Shown here one piece after another: positions 54,997 to 64,000 of a stretch of DNA of 64,000 bases. The stretch is taken from contig CP158635.1 of assembly GCA_050273025.1 (NCBI GenBank), positions 18,042,001 through 18,106,000 of the forward strand, in the 5' to 3' direction. Both the position numbers and the translations under genes were made by a program. The DNA comes from Cenococcum geophilum (Eukaryota). Each line of letters starts with the position of its first letter. Within the stretch, counting starts at the first letter, position 1. The notes under the pieces are model-generated. The model did not search any database. It was not told where the DNA came from and saw only the letters and a program-made list of their open reading frames with translations.

Positions 54997-57179
54997 AATA
55001 AGTAATAATATTAACTAAATTAACCAGATGGATATTATACCTCTAATAAACGACTTAGAGATATTAGGAATCTTCAAAAATAAAGATAAAAAGAAGGGAA
55101 ATAGTATTATAGGCGCTTTAAGTATAATATTATAACTACTTAGAGAAGAAACGAAAGAAGCTAGTTAGTTAATTTAAGCATAGTTTAGGATAGAGCCGAT
55201 AGAGCTATGTGACGAGAAATAGTAACTAAGGTTACGTAACGTAATCTATATAATCTATAGGATCTATATAATCCGTAATAAAGTAAATAGAGCATACATA
55301 TATTACGTATAAGAAGGATTTTATAGGAGTATAGTTGTATATTTAAGGACCCTTAGTCCCTACCTAGATAGTTCCTTCCTTATAGTAATTCTTAGAATAC
55401 AATTAGAGTTAATCTATTAGGCAACCACTCTACTAGTTATTATTACGTTGTTAACTTTAATTTATATTACCTATACACCTAGCCCAATAACGAGCCTACC
55501 GTAGTACCTACTATAAGGTTCCGTTACACAATAAGCCGCGAGTCTTTTATAGTTTAGTAGGTTATCTAAGGTTACTATAATCTTTTCTTATAGCCTAATT
55601 ATTAGTTTATTATATAGGTCCAATTAGTAATTTTTAAGGGAGACTTAGCCTTCTCCTATAAGGTATTGGAATTAGGTCTAGAATTTAGCAAAGGGTTAGT
55701 TTAGTTTTATTATTAGGCGATTATAGTTATACTAAGCATCCCGTACTTTGTTTAGGTTAACGTAAATAGCAGCTAGGTGCTATAGCATCTTATTAACAGA
55801 TATAAATTAGATAGGGGAATTGTCCTTAAACTTGGCTTAAAGGTGCCGTTAGGCGTCCCCTATAGTTCAACCAAAGAGGTAAAGCATTTTAGCTTTTTTA
55901 GAAAGGAAATAGTTATAGTTAACACGGAGCTTTCCTTATACTTAAATCCTCCAATTCTTAAAGGTAGGGTCTATCCTATTAGATAGTAGTTAGGGGTTAG
56001 GGAGCTTAATAAACTTTAATTACTTTATTATCGTATCTATACTCTCTAGTATATTATATTTAGTTAAGTGGATAGGATAACTAAGACTTCTAGAAGGGGA
56101 GCTAAGCTGCTTTAAAGGGCTGTAAGGCTATCTAGGATTTCTTATAGGGTCTCCTATATACTTTAAGCTTAGAGATAGTTAGCTTTCTAATTAGCTATTA
56201 GGGTATAAATCTGTTTATATACATCTATAATATTATTATTATCTTTAATTTTAGATCCCAATTAAATCTCATATTCTTCTTAGGTTAGGGCAGCTCTTTT
56301 AAATAAGCTTACTTTAGGTGCCATTATTAGCTTCCTAAGGTTTATTAGTATCGCATACTTTAGTTTTAATTCTAGGGGTATAGGTCTAGTCCTATCTAGC
56401 TAATAGAGTAAGATATTATAAAGGCCTTCCTAGGCAGTATAGAGTTGTTTTAGTATCTAAGTATAGCGCGTTAACGCGTTATTGCAGACGAAGTTTTTTT
56501 TAGGGTGGAATATTATTAGGGCCTTTCCAGGCAGTATAGGGTGAGCTTAATATAATATAACGGCTCGTATAATTACCTCTAAACTAAAGCTTATAGATTG
56601 CTATCTAGTAAAGATACTAAGCTAAAAAGAAGAAGAAGAAGAGGTATATATAGGAGGCAGAGTAAACAGATATCCTATAAGGGCCGCCAAGCCGCTAGTG
56701 ATAAGTGAGCCAATAACAGATTGGCAGAATTTGGCAGCAATATAGTAGAATTTGGCAGGTAACGCGCCCTAGCACCATCACAGCTACAAACCTACTCTAT
56801 TAGTTTTTATTTGTTATAAGTCTTTAGGTATACCTTATCTCATTTTAAAAATCTTAGTCATCTCTTATCTCGTCTTAAAAATCTTAAGCCTTTGGCCTTT
56901 TACCTTTATTAAGTAGTAAATTAGCACTAATATTTATTTGCTTACTTAATCTCTATAAGATACTTTTCCTACCGTCTTATAAAGCAATAAATATTATATT
57001 TAATAGTGTTATAATTCCCGTTACTAAACCTTACTTTATAGCGGTTTTAGTCTCTACTTTTATAATCGCGTTATTAAGGTTTAGATACCCCTAGTTAGTT
57101 CCTTTATTTTCCTTATTACTATTAATTAATAAGTACTTTAACTCTATTATTATTATAGCTAATTATTATTCGTATATTA

Positions 57180-58709
57180 ATAATAAATTCAATTTACCGC
57201 CTGTCCCAGTCCCCCTAGTAGGTCCACGCAGGCTAATACCTTCTAGAGGAAAAACTCTAACTTAGAGAAAACCCTACCTTAGGCCGCGCTAGAGAGATAG
57301 CAGCGTTCCGACATTAGAGCGCCTACGGCTCGCCTTCTACCTACCTTCAAGTCTGCATATTAAGCCAACTGGCCGCGCTTCGCGGACAATCTTACTCTAC
57401 CCCCTTCTTTCCTTATCCTTTTACCCTTATTCTTTACCAGTCCTCTAGGCTTTAAAAGGGCTAGTATTTACTTATATCCTCTATATCTATTACCTTTACT
57501 ACCTAAAACTAGAGTAAAACACCTAACTATACTAGCCATTTTGCTGCTACTTAGGCGCTTTCTTTATTATTTAAAACATCCTAAAGGCGTTTAGAGGCGC
57601 ATTTTGCTATAAAGTCCGCCCTTTAGTAGTGTGGACACTAAAACAGCATATAGTGGACTATCTGCCTTATCTAGCCATATTCGCACCATAGGAGAACCGC
57701 TAGTACACCAACGGATATAAGCCATATATTAAGCCCTATTACCTCTATACAAAGGAGAAATAGTGCTATAGCCTCTACTTTTATTAGGCCTTTGTATAAT
57801 AGGATTATAGGTTTCCCCTATAGGGTCTTTTACGTAGTTTCTATACGGTCTTTAGCCTTTGCCTACTACTATCATCGCTATTCTAAATCTGCCTATTTCG
57901 CGATAAAGGTAGTTACCTGCCTTTAGTGCTGGTGACCTCCTATATAGTAGCGGCGCTCCGCCTACGCTCTGCCAGTATTCCGCTAGCCACACTTATGGGG
58001 GTTTATTATAGCTTCCCGCTCTATATAGTCCTTCTAGTGCGTAAGGAAGCCTTATATCTCATTTTTATAGTCCTTTACGCGTTCCCTAAGCGCTTCTAAT
58101 AGTACTAGTAGCCGTTTTATTTTTTACTGGTGCTTTACTAATATATTCTAGATACCATTAAGTGCCTCTACTAATTCCTTTTCTACTCTATTAGAGGCCG
58201 TCTTAGCGGCTCTTTAGAGGGCTGTTGTTTTAATATAGAGTTAGATTAGGGGAATAGCCGCTTCCTTCTCTATTATAGCTATTAGTGTTTACTAGTATGC
58301 CCCTATAACCCTGCGGAGACACTAGTTCTAGACTTTCTATAGTGGTTTAAGCAAGCTTTTCGCTGGCGTTCCGCCGTCGTCCCATACTCCCCACACTTAG
58401 GCGCCATACAGTATCGCTAGTCGGACGGTAGCTGTATATAGGAGGCGTGAGCGGCGCATTAATAGGCCCCATGTAGACGCGGTGATCCTTAACATCGCTT
58501 CAAAGGCTGCTAAGCCCTTACTCGCGGCCTTTTTAACCTGTTCTTTCTATTGGGGCTTGGGGTCTACCCAGATCCCTAGGACTCGCATGCTGGTTTTCTA
58601 GGGGGCTGTCTCGCAGCCGGCGATACGCACGGTAGACGCAAGGTCTGCGGTGGCGTGGCGCCGTTACCTTGTAAAGTGCATAAGCTGGTACTTTTCAGGG
58701 GCGAACGCC
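57180..58709 (-). mobile_element. 5'-truncated LINE fragment (second Tad1-clade family, no RNase H seen)
   Basis: 14-bp TSD ttattYgtatatta (57166-79, 58710-23). The minus strand reads AFAPEKYQLMHFTR...RVLGIWVDPK...STWG...LYGA(Q)VW, with a CxC..H...C zinc finger at ~57630-57685. Confidence 0.85.
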
Positions 58710-60705
58710 TTATTTGTATATTACTATAATATCCTAATCTAGCTTATAAAGTTAATTTTATTCTTTATTTAACTCTTTAGTTCCTTTAAGTCCTTTTAAC
58801 TCTAGCTCTTATAGCTAATAGCTTACGCCATACTTAGCGTCTTTATAAATTTAGTATATATTATTATAATAAAATGCAAAACTATTAATTAAACATTCTT
58901 TTATTCCTTATAGTATACTATTATCCCTTTATATATATATATTATCTACTAGTCTAGTTCCTTTTATTATATAATAACTCTAACTATCTTTATAATCCCT
59001 AGCAAAGTAATTTTATTTTTTATAATTTATATAAGCTTTATCTCTAAATTACTAATTTCGCTATAAAGTTTGCCTAAATATCTTCTACTAATAAGATCCC
59101 TAATTTAGCCTTTACTCCTTAGTTCTATAATTACTTAATCCTTAACCTTTAGGTTTTTATAGTTTCTTAGTCTATCTTTTATAAGTTTCTTTAGTACCGC
59201 TTAGGTCTATTAGCTCTACGCTATACTATAGTTTTTAACTTAGCTTTAGTTATTACGTACTCTGCGCCTTATATAACTATAAAACTCTATTTTAACCTTT
59301 CTTAGTCTATTCCCTTTAGTAAATCCTATTATTAATCTTTATTGCTTAATCTATTAGTTCCCTTAGGGTATCTATATCTTTTATTAGAATAATTACGTCC
59401 TAGACTTTAGCCTTAAGTCCCTATTTATATTATGCTATAAGCGCCTTATTATTCTATTTAACCCATATAGCTAATATCTAAAACTATATTATATATTTAA
59501 TTGCTAAAGTTTATTATACTACGTTCTAAAGTTTTCTTTTTACTATAGTTATTACCTTTAGGTCTTTAAATATTTACGTAAGTTATTTTATAAACCCGCT
59601 CTAACTTAAGAATATAAACCGCACCTTCTAATTAGCGGTTGTTATACTATACTCCTATATCTCCATAAGATACGGTTTAAACTACTTAAGTACTCTTTCT
59701 ATTAAGAATAGTTCTGCGTAAGCTACTTAATCTATAAATATTCCTAGTTTTACTCCCTCCTATATAACCTTAAAGTGCATTTATATAAGGAATCCTTTAA
59801 GCTTTAATCTCTCTCCTAAGAATTATTTAATTAAAGGTAACTTAACCTTAGCTACTCCTATTCTATTAATTCTATCTTTAAGTATTCTATTATTATCTAT
59901 TAATCGATTAACTATTTCTTATAATTGTCCGACTGTAACTAGTTATAAGTTAATATCTGCTATACTAGTGTCGTTACCTAACCCTAAGGTTATTACTACC
60001 GTTAATAGCATTATTATAGCTGCTTTTAGTGGCATATTATTTAACTTCTTAATACTATAACTAGGTAGTAATTATATAACGGAACCTTATAGTAAGAACT
60101 ATAGTAGGTTCTGTTAATAGGCTAGGTATATAGGTAATATAAGTAAAGTTAATAATATAATAATAACTAGTAGAGTGGTTGTCTAATAGATTAACTCTAA
60201 TTATATTCTAAAAATTACTATAAGAAGGGACTATCTAGGTAGGGACTGTGGTCCTTTAAATATACATTCTAACTCCTAAGAAATCCTTCTTATATGTAAT
60301 ATACGTGTTATATATAAGGTACGTAAGTTCCTCCCATTTCTCTTATTTTACACATAGCACGTTATATAACTCGCTTACTATTCTTCATTATATAGTTCTA
60401 CCAGTTCCATCCTAGACTATGCCTATATTAACTAACTAGCTTCTTTCAACTCTTCTCTAAGTAGTCGTAATATCGTACTTAAAGCGTCCGTAACATTAAG
60501 TACATTAGTACGTTAGTACGTTAGTACGTCGCGTTCCTATATTCCTACGTTCCTACGTTCTAAACTTGTAACGTGACTAGCCATGTGACTCAGCTACCCC
60601 TTATCCCATAGCTTAATTGGTTCCAGCGCCTCCCGTGCTATCTTAACTAACCCGTTTATGTCCATTCTCAGTAGTCGCACTACTGCCGATATAAGGTCCG
60701 TAACA

Positions 60706-61510
60706 CTTATAGCAGATAATTAGCGGCAAGTTTAGAAGCTCCTTTAAGATATAATTACTAATATATGTAATAAGCGCTTTTAGCTCTTAACTAATACCGT
60801 TATAAATCTTATAACTAAAAACAAGCTATTATAATATTGCGTTAATAGGCTTACCGAAGCTCTATATAATAAGAAGACGCGCCGTTAGGGCAAGCCTTTA
60901 TTTACCCAGCTTACTCCTCTAGAGTAGAGTAAGGCTACCTTTTACAGCCCTAAGAAGATTTGGCAAGTTTAAGAGCTTTAAGCTAAGTAAGAGTAGGCTA
61001 AACACCAAGAATAAGCTCTTAAAGCTAAGGAGAAGCTTTAACAGCAAGCCCAAAAGAAAGAGAAGAGGCGCTTAATTAAGCAGCGAAAGTAGTAGCGGGC
61101 ATAATATAAGATATAGCGAGAGGTAGAGGCAACGGCTCTACGGCTTTAAAAACTGCAAGCTAAGGAGGCCCATGAGGCTGAGCGCCAGCTTAAGATTAAA
61201 GCTAGGAAGCTTTAAATATTAAAGAAGGCCCGAACCAAACATAGAAAGGTAGTAGTAGATGAGGATATTAATGAGATATTGGATGCGAACGAGAGTCCTA
61301 TTAAGGTCGCGCGCACAAGGTGCTCGGTTATGTTATATTCACTTTGATCGCTCCCGAAATATTTGCTGCGAAAGCTCCGAATTCGTGACATAATTATAGG
61401 AAACGATAATCATACACCCCTACCCAAACAAGCTTAGATCCTTCCACTTCAAGTTAGAATATCACGTGTGTTGCCCAAAATAACACGCGCCCATCTGAAT
61501 TAACACCTCG
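60706..61510 (+). mobile_element. 3' part of a pogo/Fot1-like DNA transposon (transposase C-terminus remnant), host of the whole nest
   Basis: De-RIPped frame ...GLTEAL(H)N(E)KTRR..GKPLF...KATFYSPKKI.. followed by a K/E/Q-rich coil, typical of fungal pogo-like transposase tails. The right end near ...gaattaacacctcg is tentative. Confidence 0.6.
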
Positions 61511-62264
61511 CATTTGCCTTACCTTCTTATCCAAGAGCCTGCGATTGTAGAATGTTGTCGCGGTCGCCCGGCTGGCTCTACGGCTGGCTCTATGAATCGC
61601 ATTAATAACTCAGCGGGAGCTCTCAGCATTCGAGCGAAATACTGGCTGCACTATCCGCGGGCGGGCGTGGGCGCGGACGCGGGCGTGCCCGTAGAGGCAG
61701 TCTACAGACGTTAAATAGAGGCAGCAGCACCTAATCTAGTTCTTACAGCGCCTCGCAGTGCACTCCGTAGTCCTACAAGTCAACTAAGCATGATCTTAAA
61801 GGTGTTATACACTTTGATTTTCGCGATTTAGGTGTAAATAAGTCAACACACGTGATATTCTATCTTGAAGTGGAAGGATCTAAGCTTGTTTGGGTAGGGA
61901 GTGTATGCGTATCAATTTGGGGGTGTATGATTATCGTTTCCCTAATTATATCCAGGACGATGTATGGATCCAGGGTCCGTGGCAAGGGATCTCAGAAGCG
62001 TGACAGTACCTCTTCATTCCACGCTCTGAAAGTTGCCTCCATCCGACGCCGCGGAGGAATCCGATGACACAAAAGCCCGGGGTGGCTGAAGAACAACTTT
62101 GTTCAGGTCTGCTAAGCCTTAAACTCACGAGTCACGCACGGTCCCCCGTATTCCGCGTCATTTGATAAGACGACTTCCAAGTATCCAAGGCAGCTCTGCG
62201 CACTTCTTGCCATCTTCTCAATCAACCCAACACTACATTGAGCTCATCTATAGCGACCTTCATA

Positions 62265-62883
62265 ATGTGCGGCACAGACTGCTTCCTCTGTCTCCTCTCC
62301 ATCCTCTTCCCACCTATCGGTGGTACGTAGCTAGAACCCCTCCATCCCACCACGAAACATTAACCGTCCAGCTCCCTCTCCTCATCCCTTCTCCCACAAC
62401 CCGCCAAAGCTAACATTCCATCCTCTAGTCTGGGTGAAACGCGGCATCTGTAGCGCTGACTCCTTCATCAACATCGCCCTCTGCTTTCTGGGCTTCCTCC
62501 CCGGCCTTCTACACGCCTGGTACATCATCCTGAAATACCCGGACCCCTACGACTACGAGCCAGTCGGCGACCGCGAGAACGCCACCGTCACGTACTACTA
62601 CGTGCAGCAAGGCCCCGCGCCGCCGCGTCGCCCTCACCACGGCTACGGCACCGTGAGCAGCCAGCCCGCCGGCGGCCAGTTCCCCGGCCAGCAGAGCGGC
62701 ACCGTCAACAGCTTTGCGCAGATGCCCAAGCCGCAGGGCCAGGCGCCCCCTTCGCAGCAGCCATCGCAGCAGCCATCGCAGCAGCCACCGCAGCAAGCGG
62801 CGGGGCCGAGCGAGGCGAGGGAGGATGCTCCGCCGACGTATGCGGATGTGATTAGCGGTAATCATAAGGTGCAGTCGCCATAG
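62265..62883 (+). CDS. PMP3/SNA-family (UPF0057) small membrane protein with long C-terminal tail, 170 aa; exons 62265-62322 and 62429-62883
   Basis: MCGTDCFLCLLSILFPPIGVWVKRGICSADSFINIALCFLGFLPGLLHAWYII matches the Pmp3 two-helix pattern. The intron is GTACGT...GCTAAC...TAG, and there is a C-terminal PPTY motif. Confidence 0.92.
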
Positions 62884-63106
62884 ACACAGACGCATGATAA
62901 AAGAGTAGAGCTGGACTGTAAGGAATTACTTGATTGACAAGGCTATTGGCGGCAAGTGTGAGATTATGGGGTATGGGACAAAGGCGTGACGCGGTGGGGG
63001 GCTTTTCTGATGGCTTCAGGCATAGGAACATCAACTCCAAATTCTGTAATGCACATGGCATCTGAATAGTTATTTTATGCTAGTTTTGTACGCGACTGGG
63101 CTGGCT

Positions 63107-63841
63107 TTATTCTTTGCCCCCAAGGTATCTATACACAACTGAGAAATCCCGGCCTTTGCACTTGAGATCGGCTTCCACCTCATCGTAAAGCTGCTTCGCG
63201 GGTTCTCCGAGACTTAGCTTGACGTTGGCTTCTTTCGCGGCTTTTAGTGCTAGCTTGAGATCTTTGTTTGCGAGGGCGATGCCGAAGCCGCCTTCGTACC
63301 CTCTGCTTGCTGGAGAACCTTCGATAACCCCAGGAACGGGATTGTTAACCTCGCTAGGCCAGCATTTGCCTGTGCTGGTGTTGATAATGTTTGCTAGAGC
63401 CTTAGGATCGAGGCCCCAGGTGATGCCCATGTTCATGGCCTCAGCGGTGGCTATGTTGTTTAGAGCCAGGAGGTAGTTGTTTGCGAGTTTACCATGGAGA
63501 CCGGCACCTTGTTCGCCAAGGTGAAGAACCCGACGGCCCATCATCGAGAGGATCTCTGTCACTCGATCAACGAGTTCCGGAGCGGCGCCAATCATGAAAG
63601 TCAGAGTGCCTGCTTGGGCTCCGACAACACCCCCCGACATCGGAGCGTCGACGAACTTTCCTTGGCCAGATGAGTGGACGGCATTGGCAACTTCCCGAGA
63701 CGTCGTTGGGTCAATGGTCGAGCAGTCGATGAAAAGCCTTTCTTTAGCGGTACCATCTTTCAAAAGAGATGGTGGTTGAAGCATAGACCTGTACACTCCC
63801 TGAACATGATGCGGTTCTGGCAGCACGGTGATGACAGCTTC
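63107..63841 (-). CDS. 3-hydroxyisobutyrate dehydrogenase, last exon (5' exons outside window)
   Basis: Motifs IDCSTIDP, DAPMSGGVVGAQAGTLTFMIG, KLANN and GFGIALANKDLKLA. Acceptor TAG at 63842-63844 with an upstream GCTGAT branch motif. Confidence 0.93.
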   Translation of the reverse strand, partial: EAVITVLPEPHHVQGVYRSMLQPPSLLKDGTAKERLFIDCSTIDPTTSREVANAVHSSGQGKFVDAPMSGGVVGAQAGTLTFMIGAAPELVDRVTEILSMMGRRVLHLGEQGAGLHGKLANNYLLALNNIATAEAMNMGITWGLDPKALANIINTSTGKCWPSEVNNPVPGVIEGSPASRGYEGGFGIALANKDLKLALKAAKEANVKLSLGEPAKQLYDEVEADLKCKGRDFSVVYRYLGGKE

Positions 63842-63945
63842 CTAAGCAACCGAATCAGCGAGGTCCCGGCATCAAATATGGCGGACATTTTGATAACCGG
63901 TATAGCTTGCAAGAATTCAGAGGATTGGCTAAAATAAAATAGTGA

Positions 63946-64000
63946 AATCAGAGGAAGAGTTACAGAAAGTAACTCCCAACTTAGATCATTGATAGAACAT
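63946..64000 (-). ncRNA. Candidate intronic box C/D snoRNA (3' half only)
   Basis: The minus strand reads tgttctatca-ATGA (possible guide plus D'), a 7-bp hairpin gagttac/gtaactc and a terminal CTGA. It lies in the intron of the dehydrogenase gene, and box C would be outside the window. Confidence 0.4.

Larger units (their letters stand above)
28832..55528 (+). mobile_element. Gypsy family-A copy A1 (internal deletion of the integrase C-terminus/chromodomain)
   Basis: 424-bp LTRs at 28832-29255 and 55105-55528, TSD caata (28827-31, 55529-33). gag start at 29301, pol at ~51990-54660. Confidence 0.92.
24170..56782 (-). mobile_element. Gypsy/chromovirus family C (complete; split by A1)
   Basis: LTRs at 24170-24372 and 56556-56782, TSD gctac (24165-69, 56783-87), PPT complement tcaccccctcctcc at 24373. 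Minus-strand motifs: chromodomain ~24480-24670, integrase AF(H)P(Q)T(D)G(Q)T(E) ~25270-25300, RT YLDD ~26890-26902, protease ~28315-28350, CCHC knuckle ~28555-28600. gag continues at 55534-56555. Confidence 0.92.
12152..60495 (-). mobile_element. Gypsy family-A copy A0 (complete; expanded to 48 kb by nested insertions)
   Basis: 421-bp LTRs at 12152-12572 (3') and 60075-60495 (5'), TSD ttaag (12147-12151, 60496-60500). PPT complement ctatctcccttctttt at 12573, gag ATG at 60035, chromodomain ~13300-13450. Confidence 0.92.
280..60705 (-). mobile_element. Outer Gypsy/chromovirus family-A element (RIP-degenerate), 3' part outside window; its 5' LTR is split into 11384-11438, 11996-12151 and 60501-60705
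   Basis: Minus-strand gag (ATG at 11342), protease, RT, RNase H and integrase start are colinear with A2. The LTR pieces join to ~416 bp ending ...gtccgtaaca at 60705 once the TA-flanked MITEs and the ttaag-flanked A0 are removed. Confidence 0.8.

Noticed and set aside
28832..55528. Dating insertions from LTR-LTR divergence, or naming family A as a published element
   Set aside because: LTR differences are dominated by RIP transitions, so a clock is invalid. Identity to a named element cannot be established without a database search.
61514..62413. Small ORFs between the island and the PMP3-family gene
   Set aside because: No recognisable motifs, mostly non-ATG starts, and they overlap promoter, 5' UTR or intron sequence.
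62509..63937. Overlapping or antisense ORFs at 62509, 62852, 63219, 63594 and 63674
   Set aside because: They are opposite-strand shadows of, or 3' UTR overlaps with, the two well-supported genes.

Overview
Filamentous-ascomycete genomic DNA. Bases 1-~61.3 kb are an AT-rich, heavily RIP-mutated (TpA-rich, CpA/TpG-poor) transposon island. It resolves almost completely into a nest of insertions, most bounded by paired LTRs/TIRs and target-site duplications (TSDs). The order is: a pogo/Fot1-like transposase remnant hosts a Gypsy (family A, outer copy), whose 5' LTR hosts two MITEs and a second family-A copy (A0, 12152-60495). A0 hosts a Copia, a solo LTR, a LINE fragment and Gypsy C. C hosts A1, A1 hosts a 2-kb non-autonomous DNA element and A2, and A2 hosts Gypsy B, a solo LTR and a LINE. 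After ~61.5 kb the sequence is GC-balanced and carries a two-exon PMP3/SNA-family membrane protein gene and the 3' exon of a 3-hydroxyisobutyrate dehydrogenase gene. Main novelties: (1) family-A Gypsy elements carry an antisense, intron-containing ~198-codon gene for a Zn2Cys6-like/coiled-coil/acidic-tail protein, recovered by comparing three RIP-damaged copies; (2) a ~163-bp multi-palindrome module is shared between the 3' UTRs of an unrelated Copia and Gypsy; (3) the 2-kb element has a 2-bp TSD and subterminal CCTGNCAGG-like arrays; (4) there is a candidate intronic box C/D snoRNA at the window edge. All coordinates and translations were read by eye, and de-RIP reconstructions are inference.
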